DNA of 64,000 nucleotides, from assembly GCA_951406725.2 (NCBI GenBank), contig OX597822.1, forward strand, positions 96,906,001-96,970,000. Reading direction: 5' to 3'. This document shows, in pieces, positions 27,720 through 41,279 of the stretch (position 1 is the stretch's first letter; each line of letters begins with the position of its first letter). Made by a program: the position numbers and the translations under genes. This DNA comes from Octopus vulgaris. Lineage: Eukaryota. The notes beneath the pieces are model-generated. The model was not told where the DNA came from. It worked only from the letters and a program-made list of their open reading frames with translations, and did no database searches.

Positions 27720-28709
27720 ATAATAACCTTTATACAAAAGAATAAATGGAAACAAAACAGAAAAAAAAACTAAAAGGAAGAAAGAAAGTGAGATGAGGAA
27801 CTGTTAAATGCTTCTGTTTTTGAATCATTTTGTAACCTCCATGAATTGGGAGACCTTATTTATAGTTAATGGAATCTTGAAAATAAATTGTACTTCCAGC
27901 CTTGGGTGCTGTTTTAACTTTTCTGAAGCTAACCTGCCTGAGATTGCCTCTGGGTTTTTTTTACACAAACTTCATGGCTTTAAGAGCTCTAAATTAAAAA
28001 CTTCCACCAAAATTTCATGATAACGTATGTTCCAAACACCAGCTTAATAATAATAAGAAAAATGTTATTTTATTATATTCTTTGTTATTTTTAAAAATTA
28101 ATTTCAACAGAAGCTGCATATTTCAGCAAAAAAAATATAACGTCAAAAAGCTGAAGACCATTTTTTAAATGTCCCCTCTTCTCCTTTTCTCTCTCCCCCT
28201 CTCCTTCCAGAATAGCATTTCTATTCTATTCTTTTATTGATTCCCAGAGGAATGAAAGTCAAAATTGACTTGTGTGAGCTTTGAACATCGAACATGAAGA
28301 GAGAAACTACTTTTTTTCCCTTTTTATCATTTATTGATTATTTGAGAGAAGATTCAGAAAACTAGCCACAGACTTTGTTGCACCACTCTCAAAACTGGTG
28401 AGATTAAAGGGCTGATGTTCAGTTTGATAAGATTGATGAGGTTAAAGAAATTTTGCTCCCAGGATTATGACAAATGGCATATTACAAGTTTATCTTAACT
28501 GGTTAAGCCTGTTATGGGATAATCAAGCTAGCAAGCCTCTGTTAGATTCTGAGTTGGTCGTTCTATCAATTGGTAGGAATGTTATACAGAAATACACATA
28601 TACATAATGTAAATGTTTACACATACACACACACACATACATAGTGGTAAGAAACTCTTGGGAGTGCTTAATAGCAGAAGGTCTTCTGAAAAGAAATTCT
28701 ACTCAGGCA

Positions 28710-29262
28710 AATTCAATTCAATTTAATTTTTATTGGCTCAAAAAGCAAAAGCAAGGCCGTGTAGGGGGACAGGGAGTTATGTACAGGGAGGGTGGTCATA
28801 CAAAGAGTTCAGGCCATTTCTGGTCAAGAGAGACTTTGAACTGATCGGTCGTCGGCATCTTCGCTTTCTCGTCCGGCAGCTTATTCCACGGATCCGCAAC
28901 CTGGACGGAGAAAGTCCCTCTCCTTCGATTGAGATGAAATCGTCGCAGATAGAGCTTTTCAGAGTGACCCCGCAGCCCACGCTCTGGAGCAGGAGTGAAG
29001 AACAGCTCTTTCGAGAGGTTACACTTTCCACTTATGATGTTGTGAGCGAGAATGAGATCACCACGGCGGCGGCGTTTTTCGAGAGAATAAAGGTTGAGCG
29101 TCTTCAGCCTTTCTTCATAAGACAAATGCTTGAGACCAAGAACCATGTAGGTAGCCAGCTTCTGGACTCTTTCGAGATGATGTATGTCTTTGAGGAGATA
29201 AGGAGAAGAGGCTTGAATCCCGTACTCCAATATGGGTCTCACCAGTGTGACATAGAGTAGTA
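28710..29262 (-). mobile_element. 5'-truncated CR1-group LINE (ORF2 C-terminus, 3' UTR and (AATTG)n tail)
   Basis: LYVTLVRPILEYG...LERVQKLAT...LSYEERLKTLNLYSLEKRRRRGDLI...WNKLP is the typical CR1 RT C-terminus. The frame is intact to its stop, followed by a short UTR with AATAAA and a repeat tail. Confidence 0.93.
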
Positions 29263-30414
29263 GGAATATGGCTGCTGTGAGCATTCTGAATGACCGTCAA
29301 ATCAAAAACAGAACTCCGTGTGCTTAAATGTTTTGGCCTTTAACTGTTAGTGGGTAGGGTTGCATCTAGGTCATTACTCATGAGCGCCCTTCTACTGATA
29401 CTATTTACCCACTTGGATATCTGAGATGTATTGTGCATTTAAACCACATGGAGTTTTTGTTGACAAGATCTTGCTAGAACTCTTCTCTGTTGCCTTCGCT
29501 TTGAAGCTTATTTTCTTGAGTCAAGAAATAACATCTGTAGTCATTTTATATACATATAGTTCAAATTTATAGAATAAACAAAGGTGAAGAAAGGTATAGG
29601 AACCACAATCAAGTGTGTTTGTTTGACACTTAGGAAAAATGGATGTGTTTTACATTTCGAGCCTACGCTCTTTGGCAGAAGGGAATAAGTGGAAATAAAC
29701 ATAGAGAGAATGAAAAAAAAAAAATGTGTTGAGTTCAGTGGTCCAACATGGCGAATGATTGATAAAAAAGAGGTTGACTGAAAGGGAGACAATAATAAAG
29801 AGAGATTCAATGAAGGCGAGATAATTCTTGGTGATCCCAAAAAGAGGAGGTGCGCATGCATGCATGTGAATGTATATAGATATATATATATTTGAAAGGT
29901 AGCACAAAGTAGTTAGATGTGGTTTAAACAGTTCTTTTAGACAATTCGTTCTTTTGAAAACAGCTGAAACATCTAGCGACAGGAGTAGATAAAAGGAAAG
30001 AGATCCACCAAATAATAATATTATGCTGGTATGCATAATAACAAAGATAAAATGACAGTGCTTGGAAGTTTGGAATTGGTTCTACCATTATTCTATTCAT
30101 GGTTTTGTTATGCATTTCAAAAAACCATGTCAACATATTCGTATAAAAGACAAAAAAAAAAAAAATGTAATAATGGTAATAATTTAAGCTAATATAAAAG
30201 TAGAAGTTTTTGTATGATTCATCTAGTTCTGTGTTATAACAACCGTATTCTTCTCTCAGAAGACCGGCTTGCTTTTTTTGTACTGTTTCTATCCAATTGA
30301 TTTATTTCTAATAAATATATCAAACAAATTCTATTAGTTAACTGCTGTGTCACAGCCAATCATTTATTTGCATGCGGCTTGGTATTGGTATTGGTTAGTT
30401 GTGAGTCTGTGTTA

Positions 30415-30654
30415 ATGCTTTGCAGTTTTATGCGTCTGTACCTCAGTTGGGTGTTTGCAATCTTTGTGTCTGCGTTAAATGTGGTGTTTACACTTCTGTG
30501 TCTATTTGAAGTAATAAGGCTGAAAGCTGAAAATCATTTGAAGTCTGGTGTAACTTCATACAGGTTGTGCGAGGGCAAACTGTATACTGGTATTTATCAC
30601 AAATTGCCCATCGTACCCTCACCCCTTCTCCAACTACCTCTCTTTTTTCTTGCA
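30415..30654 (+). CDS. candidate alternative first coding exon with hydrophobic N-terminus (80 aa)
   Basis: ATG at 30415 and 30430, open to donor GCA|gtaagt in phase 0 (compatible with 41390). CCAAT and octamer motifs lie just upstream. Confidence 0.35.
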
Positions 30655-31243
30655 GTAAGTCTTTGTTGCCTTGACTCTAATATTAACGAACGCTAATTAT
30701 TCCAGGCATTATTGTTGCTGCTCTTATTGTGGCTTGCTTATTTGTTTTCTTCGTGTGTGTGTGTGTGTACTTGTTTTTTTTTTTTGTGTTTTTTTTTTAA
30801 ATTTTATTTTGTAGCAAGTGGAAGGAAATAGTATTATTTTCTTTTCCATTTCTTACTAGCACCAAACCAGATATCCTTATTGGCAGTCATTAACCTATAA
30901 TCTTCACTTCCAAATTCCTCTGAGCCCAGTACACAATTATGCGTCATTCCTCTCTTTCTCTGTCTGCCTCTCTCTCTCTCTCCTTTCCCTCTCGTTGCCA
31001 CCCCCATCTCCCCCACCACCACCATCAATCATATTATTACATACCCTCAAACTTTAAACAATGTCTTCTGTCTCAACAGATTCTTACCTTTCTTCGCCCA
31101 CTCAATGAGATTGGTTACTTTCGGTTCTAATACTTCATTCTTTCTAATTCTATATTTTTACAATTTTCTTATGCTTTTATATATTTATTTAATTTCTAAG
31201 GTATAATTATTGATAAGAGTAGTAGCGGTGGTGGTGGTATATT

Positions 31244-31660
31244 GTGAGCTGGCAGAATCGTTAGCACGCCGGGCGAAATGCTTTAGCGGTATTTCGTCTG
31301 CCATTACGCTGTGAGTTCAAATTCCGCCGAGGTCGACTTTGCCTTTCATCCTTTCGGGGTCGATAAATTAAGTGCCAGTTACGCACTGGGGTCGATGTAA
31401 TCGACTTAATACCTATGTCTGTCCTTGTTTGTCCCCTCTGTGTTTAGCCCCTTGTGGGTAGTAAAGAAATAGGTATTTCATCTGCCATTACGCTGTGAGT
31501 TCAAATTCCGCCGAGGTCGACTTTGCCTTTCATCCTTTCGGGGTCGATAAATTAAGTGCCAGTTACGCACTGGGGTCGATGTAATCGACTTAATACCTAT
31601 GTCTGTCCTTGTTTGTCCCCTCTGTGTTTAGCCCCTTGTGGGTAATAAAGAAATAGGTAT
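31244..31660 (+). mobile_element. SINE family 1 head-to-tail dimer
   Basis: Two near-identical units joined at aaataggtat|ttcatctgcc. Confidence 0.9.
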
Positions 31661-31682
31661 ATTTAGATGGTGATTGTTTCTC

Positions 31683-31740
<58 letters not shown>

Positions 31741-32192
31741 GTTCTTCCTGTTGTAGCTCCTTTAACCAACTCTGACTGACTTTCTAGTGAGCAAGTCTCA
31801 GATCATTCAAGATTTCCTATGCAGTCTTTTTAGAATCTACCAGGCCTTCTCTGCCGAGAATGTCCTCATTTACTTTTGACATGGCAGCTTAGAAACTCAG
31901 CATTAGAAACTAGATGAAATTTAATCGTTAGCATTTGAATTAAAACCTTATGTCAGTCATTACCAACCCCACTCTCAAAACACACACACACACACACACA
32001 TATATACACATATATATACACACATTCTCAATCAGACTTTCCTTTATGCTGTTTTCAACTTACCACATCCTTCCTGTTGTTTTCAATTTGTCAGATGTAC
32101 AAACTGAGATTTATCATTATCAGTTGTAGCTGTCTTCGAGGGCCCTGCAATGGCCATGAGCATTGCTTTTCTCTTGATGATGCTTAAACCAT

Positions 32193-32518
32193 ACTCTTAC
32201 TCTTTTACTTGTTTCAGTCATTTGACTGTTGCCATGCTGGAGCACCGCCTTTTTAATCGAGCAACTCGACCCCGGGACTTATTCTTATGTAAGCCCAGTA
32301 CTTATTCTATCGGTCGATTTTGCCGAACCGCTAAGTGACGGGGACGTAAACGCACCAGCATCGGTTGTCAAGCAATGCTAGAGGGACAAACACAGACAAA
32401 CACACAAAAGAAACCAATAGAATAAGTACCAGGCTTACAAAGAATAAGTCCTGGGGTCGATTTGCTCGACTAAAGGCGATGCTCCAGCACGGCCGTAGTC
32501 AAATGACTGAGGCAAGTA
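32193..32518. mobile_element. two SINE family 2 3' halves in inverted orientation
   Basis: A minus-strand copy at 32193-32405 abuts a plus-strand copy at 32406-32518. Confidence 0.85.
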
Positions 32519-33062
32519 CAGAGAGTCAATACTGTTGATCCCAACTGACTGATACTTATTTTATCAATTCTGAAAGTATGAAAGGCAAAGTTGACTGTGG
32601 CATGATTTGATCTTGGAAAGCAAAGAGCCAGAATAAATGCCACAAAAAATTTTTTCCTCATCCTCTAGCAGTCGTGCCAATCCCAAAAAAAAAACAAAAA
32701 AAAAACCCATGCATTCAACTAACCTTATTTACTTTAGCACTATGTATGCTCAAATATAATACAACCCCTACTTTTTGTACATAGAAATTAACAATATATC
32801 TTATCTGCTCCCCACCCACCTTGGATATTTTTTCTCTGAAATATGTTCCCCTACCCATAATATTGGCCCTGAAGTTTTGTATTAAGTTTCTCACATCATA
32901 CACAAGTAAACAAAGAATCTTTTTTTTTTTTATCTGGAACTTTGCTTTCTTAAATGTTTACACACACACACACACACACACACATATTTGTACATATTTA
33001 ATTATCTCTGGATGCGTGACATTCCTTGAGTGAGTAGGTTATATTTATGTATGTATGTATGT

Positions 33063-33113
<51 letters not shown>

Positions 33114-33363
33114 TAAATATACATACATACATATATATATATAAATATACATATATATAAATATATACACACATACATATATATATACATGGATACCTTA
33201 GAATCCACTGAATCTAAATAGAGACTAAAGTCTATACCCTGTATCATGTAAGTATAGATGCTGGAAGTTAAGGCTTATCTCTAGATAGGGCTGATAAGTA
33301 TGTTTATACAACAGGATATGTTAATTCTATAGGAGGAATAACAAAACAGTTTCCACTGAGAAA

Positions 33364-33946
33364 TGTTTTCATTGGGAATCACAGAAGCAGTGTGTTAAAA
33401 ATACGTAAATGATTAGGTTTACTCAACAGAGACCCCTTATAATTGAGTCTCTCTTTTTTGTATTTATTTTATTTTATTTTATTTCTAGATTCTTCTAATG
33501 TAGCACATAGTATCAGATCATATAAATCTCTTTTATTGGCTTCAGACACTTAACTTAGCAGTGCAACAAATGGATAACGATTGAATAACGTATCAGGCTT
33601 TAAACGATAAGTGCTGGATGCCGAGTAGGTGAAGACATTATAACTGACTAAACCCTTTGAGTTGGTACTCCAGCATGGCCACACTCCACAGGCTGAGAGC
33701 TGTAGAAAACATAAATGAAGTAAACCTACTGCTTGTATTGAGTCCTATTGAGTTTGTTCATAACATACATATTTACAAATGGTGAACCAGGAGTGGCTGT
33801 GTGGTAAGTAGCTTACTAACCAAGCACATGGTTCCGGGTTCAGTCCCACTGCGTGGCATCTTGGGAAAGTGTCTTCTGCTATAGCCCCGGGCCGACCAAT
33901 GCCTTGTGAGTGGATTTGGTAGACGGAAACTGAAAGAAGCCTGTCG

Positions 33947-33977
<31 letters not shown>

Positions 33978-34775
33978 GTATGTGTTTGTTTGTGTGTCTG
34001 TGTTTGTCCCCCTAGCATTGCTTGACAACCGATGCTGGTGTGTTTACGTCCCCGTCACTTAGCGGTTCGGCTAAAGAGACCGGTAGAAATAAGTACTGGG
34101 CTTACAAAAGAATAAGTCCCGGGGGTCGATTTGCTCGATTAAAAAGGCGGTGCTCCAGCATGGCCGCAGTCAAATGACTGAAACAAGTAAAAGAGTATAA
34201 AAGAGTATGCGCACGCACCGCATACCTTCATGCATGCGAGTGTTTCGGCTTTATTATTAGTTTCAAGTAATTTTTTTTGTAGAAGTCATGAAAAAAAAAA
34301 ATAAATAAACGAGGTAAAAAAAAAAAAAAACCGTTGGTTCCCAGTGTGAATTTGCTGCAAATGTAAAGCATTCCTTATTCCGTTCCCATGACGTTTACGA
34401 GTAATTCAATATTTCCCAAATTCTGATGATTAAAGACATATATATACACGCACACACACACACACACACACATATGATGCATGCATAAATACGTGTGTTT
34501 CTCTTTCTCTTTATACGCAAATAGATTAACATGTGTGCATGTGTGTGTGTATATATATACACACACACACACACACAAACACGTATATACAGGCAAAGCT
34601 AAATACACTTGTGGTTTTATATATATATACATACATATATATATATATACACAGACATATATATATACATATATATATATATACATATATATATACACAC
34701 ATATATATATATACATATATATAAATATACACACATATATATATATACACACACATACACACACACACATATTTA

Positions 34776-34863
<88 letters not shown>

Positions 34864-36140
34864 ACAGGAAGAGAGAGAGCTGCACACACAAAGATAGACA
34901 TGCAACTATGTATATTTGGGCGGACAGATAGCGTGGCAGACAGGCAAACAGACAGACACAGAAAGATAGGTAGGTAGGTAGGCTAGATAGATAGATAGAT
35001 AGATAGACAGACAGACAATACATAAATGTGTGTGTGTGTGTGTGTGTAAAAATAGAAACATAGTGTTTTCATTGGGAATCACAGAAGCAGTGTGTTAAAA
35101 ATACGTAAATGATTAGGTTTACTCAACAGAGACCCCTTATAATTGAGTCTCTCTTTTTTGTATTTATTTTATTTTATTTCTAGATTGCTCTAATGTAGCA
35201 CATAGTATCAGATCATATAGATCTCTTTTATTGGCTTCAGACACTTAACTTAGCAGTGCAACAAATGGGTAACGATTGAATAACGTATCAGGCTTTAAAC
35301 AGGCTTTAAAGTGCTGGATGCAGAGTAAGTGAAGACATTATAACTGACTAAACCCTTTGAGTTGGTACTCCAGCATGGCCTCACTCCACAGGCTGAGAGC
35401 AGTAGTAAACATAAATGAAGTAAACCTACTGCTTGTATTGAGTCCTATTGAGTTTGTTCATAACATACATATTTACAAATGGTGAACCAGGAGTGGCTGT
35501 GTGGTAAGTAGCTTGCTAACCAACCACATGGTTCCGGGTTCAGTCCCACTGCGTGGCATCTTGGGCAAGTGTCTTCTGCTATAGCCCCGGGCCGACCAGT
35601 GCCTTGTGAGTGGATTTGGTAGACGGAAACTGAAAGAAGCCTGTCGTATATATGTATATATATATGTATGTATGTATGTGTGTGTTTGTGTGTCTGTGTT
35701 TGTCCCCCTAGCATTGCTTGACAACCGATGCTGGTGTGTTTACGTCCCCGTCACTTAGCGGTTTGGCAAAAAGAGACCGGTAGAATAAGTACTGGGCTTA
35801 CAAAAGAATAAGTCCCGGGGGTCGATTTGCTCGGCTAAAGGCGGTGCTCCAGCATGGCCGCAGTCAAATGACTGAAACAAGTAAAAGAGTATAAAAGAGT
35901 ATAAAAGAGTATGCGCACGCACTGCATACATTCATGCATGCGAGTGTTTCGGCTTTATTATTAGTTTCAAGTAATTTTTTTTGTAGAAGTCATGAAAAAA
36001 AAATAAATAATAAACGAGGTAAAAAACAAAAAACCGTTGGTTCCCAGTGTGAATTTGCTGCAAATGTAAAGCATTCCTTATTCCGTTCCCATGACGTTTA
36101 CGAGTAATTCAATATTTCCCAAATTCTGATGATTAAAGAA

Positions 36141-36192
<52 letters not shown>

Positions 36193-36420
36193 GATGCATG
36201 CATAAATACGTGTGTTTCTCTTTCTCTTTATACGCAAATAGATTAACATGTGTGCATGTGTGTGTGTGTATATATATACACACACACACACACAACACAT
36301 GTATATACAGGCAAAGCTAAATACACTTGTGGTTTTATATATATATACATACATATATATATATATATGTATATATATACATATATACACATATATATAC
36401 ATATACACACATATATATAC

Positions 36421-36500
<80 letters not shown>

Positions 36501-36618
36501 CAGGAAGAGAGAGAGCTGCACACACAAAGATAGACATGCAACTATGTATATTTGGGCGGACAGATAGCGTGGCAGACAGGCAAACAGACAGACACAGAAA
36601 GATAGGTAGGTAGGTAGG

Positions 36619-36650
<32 letters not shown>

Positions 36651-36705
36651 CAGACAGACAATACATAAATGTGTGTGTGTGTGTGTGTGTAAAAATAGAA
36701 ACATA
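33364..36705. repeat. tandem duplication of a ~1.7-kb unit (33364-35062 and 35064-36705), each with a SINE family 2 copy
   Basis: Both copies start tgttttcattgggaatcacagaagc and end aaaaatagaaacata; they differ by substitutions and microsatellite lengths. Confidence 0.95.
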
Positions 36706-37008
36706 TTTGTCACTCCACAGTCCCATAGTAATCTAATCTTCCGATGTAATCCTTTCAGTTAAAATAAAAAGAATTCTTTGAATGCTCTTTTACAGTTATT
36801 TATTTCTTGCTTTTTTTTTTACTCTTTTTTTTATTTCCTGTTCTTTACTTTTCACTAAATTTATGTCCCACTCGTTCCCCCCCCCCCACTCACCTTCCCA
36901 TTTCTTTCTCAAAATGATGTTTTCAACTTTTTCTATTTCTCTAACATTGAACATGTTGCCTGTGTGTGTGTGTGTGTGTGTGACTGTTTATTCCTTTTAA
37001 GAATTTAG

Positions 37009-37026
37009 TTTTTGAAATTTCCAGAT
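37009..37026 (+). CDS. candidate 18-nt microexon (FLKFPD)
   Basis: Long pyrimidine tract, then aatttag|TTTTTGAAATTTCCAGAT|gtaagt with a consensus donor; frame-preserving in a phase-0 intron. Confidence 0.3.
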
Positions 37027-37192
37027 GTAAGTTCCATAACATAAGTATATATTATTTGTTTGGCCTGATTTGGTCTGGTCTGGTCTGGTAGAAGGGAAGT
37101 TGTTCTTGGACTTCACAGACCTAATATATCAATGAGATTGATTCCATTAATATTCCTCTTAAACTGTTGCAAATTGATTTCTACAGGATATG

Positions 37193-37275
<83 letters not shown>

Positions 37276-37397
37276 CTTTACATCATCAAGAGAAAAACAG
37301 AAGCATTTAACAGTTCCTCATCTCACTTTCTTTCTTCCTTTTAGTTTTTTTTTGTTTGTTTTGTTTCCATTTATTCTTTTGTATAAAGGTTATTATA

Positions 37398-37627
37398 TAC
37401 CTATTTCTTTACTACCCACAAGGGGCTAAACACAGAGGGGACAAACAAGGACAGACAAAGGGATTAAGTCGATTATATCGACCCCAGTGCGTAACTGGTA
37501 CTTAATTTATCTACTCCGAAAGGATGAAAGGCAAAGTCGACCTCGGCGGAATTTGAACTCAGAATGTAACGGCAGACGAAATACGGCTACGCATTTCGCC
37601 CGGCGTGCTAACGTGTCTGCCAGCTCG

Positions 37628-37630
<3 letters not shown>
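37398..37630 (-). mobile_element. SINE family 1
   Basis: Near-consensus reverse copy followed by (TA)n. Confidence 0.88.
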
Positions 37631-37681
<51 letters not shown>

Positions 37682-37880
37682 ATATATGAATTGGAAGCAG
37701 TGCTAGTGTTGTAAATATTATTGAACACTCGTAGGGAATGTACGTGCTTTGCTTGTTTGCCAGATTGCTGTGATTTGGCAAGGTGGAGATAATGTCATCT
37801 TGCACTTTGGTGGTGTCATCTCCATCACTCCGAATCACAGCCTGCTAGCATACAAGCAAAAGTACATACATTCAGTATGT

Positions 37881-37991
37881 GATTCTGCACTGGTGTTGCA
37901 CCGAATTGTTGGAGACAAAGTGATGCCATCGCACACGAAAGATTTGACACAAACAGAGGTGATCGAAGGATTCTAGTCGCTTAATATCTTC
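37881..37991 (-). mobile_element. RTE/BovB-like LINE RT C-terminal fragment
   Basis: Manual translation EDIKRLESFDHLCLCQIFRVRWHHFVSNNSV resembles the RTE motif RLExFDHRCLRxIxxIxWxxxVSN. Confidence 0.7.
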
Positions 37992-38089
37992 GCCGACCCT
38001 TCATTTCTTCAAAGTTGATAACACAAGCACCAGTTATAACTGAATGATAGTTTGATTGACTTTACCTTATTCTTCCCCATTATAAATCT

Positions 38090-38390
38090 GTTAAAGTCTG
38101 GAGGAAGAGGCAGTGCCTGTGGTCTTTGCAGGCCTTCAGAGATTAGTGAGCTTGATGCCGTTAATATTCCATTAAAATGTCAACACTTGCAGGAAAGACA
38201 TGAGCTGAGAGATGACATTCTTGAGAGGAAGGACTAGCTATTGTGGTTGGTGCAGGGCTGGTGGGATTAGACACAAGGGTGGAGACACAAGTGAGTCGTG
38301 GGTAGCTGAATGGTGAAGGTACAAGACCGATGAGCTCAAAAAGACCGGTAAGAGAGTGAGTAGACACCAGACTTGCGGACCAGGAAGTAG
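38090..38390 (-). mobile_element. degenerate CR1/Jockey-group LINE 3' fragment
   Basis: Remnant peptides ELIGLVPSPFSYPRLT and AHVFPASVD resemble LINE ORF2 C-termini. Confidence 0.45.
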
Positions 38391-39381
38391 AACATGTCTA
38401 CCATAAAAGTAATTAATAATTAGACTAAAGTTTGTAATTATACTAGTACCTGTCATATATTGAGGTTCGGATAACTGTACTTTTCCCTCGACAAATTCGC
38501 GGGTTTGTGCCAAAGTGAGAAGAAATGCTAGGGAGTTGTGGTGGTCTAATCACCTGTTCCTCTCTCTCTCTCTCCCTCCCTCTGACTCTCTCTCTCCTTC
38601 TGACTCTCTCTCTCACACACACACACACAAATATTTACTACCTTGTGCTTTCTTATAAAACATTACTATCTCTATGGTTGCCAGAATGATTTACAAGTAG
38701 CAGGTTACACTATTTTTCAAGACCAAACACTTTTACTTTTAATACTTGGTATTTAAAAAATTTTTTGTTGAACAGCACATTAACCAATAGCCAAAATATA
38801 CAGCTCTATAGATCTACTTCACCTGATCTTGGTAATCGGTTTTTCCAATGGATATCAAATAACTGAATATCAGATCACAACATGGTTAAGTAATATCAAT
38901 TTCAGAGATGGCGAGTATGGGAAAAGTATGGCATGCTTTTATCTAATACCCAGTTATTTAATATCCAGGGCAAAAGTGATTGGTAAGATCATCTGAAATG
39001 GATCTTTAATATCTTCGAGTAATATACCCAATCTATTGACAAATATGTAAAAGCATATTTTTTTCTGGCTTATGGATTTTTAGACTAGGTAGATAGATAG
39101 CTAGATAGATAAGTTTCTTTATTGGCCACACAGGGCTGCACACAGATGGGACAAGTTACAAGGTAGAGCTTTTCTTTTGGGGGATGAAAAAAAACAAAAG
39201 AAAAAACAAAAAAAAAGGGGGTGGCGTAGGTTTTCGATCAAGAGGGATCGTAAAAGGGAAGAAAATAAAAAAAATAAAAAATAATAAAATAAAAAAAATA
39301 AAAAATAAAAAGAATAGAAAAAGAAAAGGAAAAGGAACAAAAGAAAAGAGAAATGAAAAAAGAAAAAAAAGGGGAAGAGGA

Positions 39382-39424
<43 letters not shown>

Positions 39425-40892
39425 TTATCATCATCAATGTCCTTTAACATCCATGTTCTATACAAGGGGTTCTGAAAAGTTCCTGGCTTTGAGTAAAAGA
39501 GAAAGCAGAGGGTTTAGTTAATTATGATTTTTTTTCAACATATTTCCCTCTCGCATTTACACATTTATGCAGCAGTCCTAAGTTTTTTTAAACCCTATAA
39601 AAGAACTATTGTGGTCCATTACATTCTGAGTTCAAATCTTATCGGGGGTCAAATTTGCCTATTTGCCTTTCATTCTTTCAGAGGAGGAATTAAGATAAAG
39701 TACCAGTCAAGTACTTGGTTCAATGTAATCTGCTTGCCTCCTCCTCCTTCTCTTCAGGATTGCTGGCCTTGTGTCTAAATTAGAAAACTAAATACAAAGT
39801 ACAAGGAAAGAAAAAGAGACCGACAACATTATTTTAGATAATCAGATGTTGTTGCTGTTGTTGTTGTTGTCCAATATAATGTTGTTCACAGATCTAGAAG
39901 TCACTATAATGTGTGACTGTATTGTAATACAATAGTTTGCTGGAGGGGGGTGCTGGCAGTGTTGGTGAGGTCCTGTCTGGGCTTATGTGTACTCTGTGTG
40001 TGTGTGTGTGTTGATGGTAATTTATGTGTGTCAGTTGTGTGTGTTTATGAAGGTTGGTGTGTGAGTCGGAGAGGATGTGTGTGTATCTTGGTGACTCTGT
40101 GTGCACGTGTGCGAGTGAATTGCATGTGACTGTGATTGTAGTGTCAGTTGTGTGTGTGTGTGTGTGTATCTTGGATATTGTGTGTGTGTTGGTATGTTGA
40201 TAGATGGTTGTGTGTGTGTGTGTGTACACTGGTTGTTTTGTGTGTGTGCATGCAAGCACCTTGGTAACTGTGTGTGTATGTATGCATACACATATGCACA
40301 TGTGTGTGTGAATATAAAGCCATTTGATAAATATCTAAGGATTTCAAAATGGAAATCAAATTTCAATGGAAAGGAAGAACCATGTTCATGATTTTACACA
40401 TTAACCAGTTTGTATCAATATCCGTTACTTAGTATTTAATTAGCCTTTCATTGTGATTTCAGTAACATTTCGAACTTACCCTTTGTTATCTAAAGGGCTT
40501 TTCATCTAAGACCGTTTTATTGAATTGGTTGGTGTCACTATATTCCTATAATTATTGCGGAGATGATCTCTAATCCACGGGTCATGTGTTCAAATTGGCT
40601 CCAGGTGCTTCATTGTTTCTGGTTTGAATACCCTATTTTCTATTGTCTCTGTTCTGCTAGCTTGGAATCAAGGTACCAAACCATATGGGAATGCTAGCTG
40701 TGACAGACAGACATTGTGTATTGTCTTGATTTACTTAACTTTAGCAATAAATACCTGATGTATTGAAAAGAAATGAAAATCAATACCGGTATTCACCTAT
40801 TGATAGATATCTGTAATTATGTAAGAGCAGATAATTGAATCTGTTTATTATATCTAGAGTTAATTATTGTATCTGTAGTTGTGGTTTGATAC

Positions 40893-41279
40893 GGATGGTG
40901 GCACGTAAAAGCACCATCCGCTCGCGTCCATTGCCAGCCTCGCCTGGCCCCCGTGCCGGTGGCACATAAAAGCACCGTCCGTTCGTGTCCGTTGCCAGCC
41001 TCGCCGTTGCCAGCCTCGCCTGGCCCCCGTGCCGGTGGCACGTAAAAGCACCATCCGTTCGTGGCCGTTTGCCAGCTCCGTCTGGCACCTGTGCGGGTGG
41101 CACGTAAAAAGCACCCACTACACTCACGGAGTGGTTTGCGTTAGGAAGGGCATCTAGCCATAGAAACACAGCCAGATCTGACTGGGCCTGATGCAGCCTT
41201 CCGGCTTCACAGACCCCAGTTGAACCGTCCAACCCATGCTAGCATGGAAAACGGACGCTAAATGATGATGATGATGATG
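40893..41279 (+). mobile_element. RTE-tail repeat family 3 with internal gtgccggtggcacgtaaaagcacc repeats and (GAT)n tail
   Basis: gcgttaggaagggcat...cccatgctagcatggaaaacggacg + (gat)n. Other copies at 16021-16173(-), 43730-43988(+), 46240-46567(-), 51777-51960(-) and 53351-53527(-). Confidence 0.8.

Noticed and set aside
28733-29260. 175-aa plus-strand ORF
   Set aside because: It is the antisense shadow of the CR1 ORF2 fragment.
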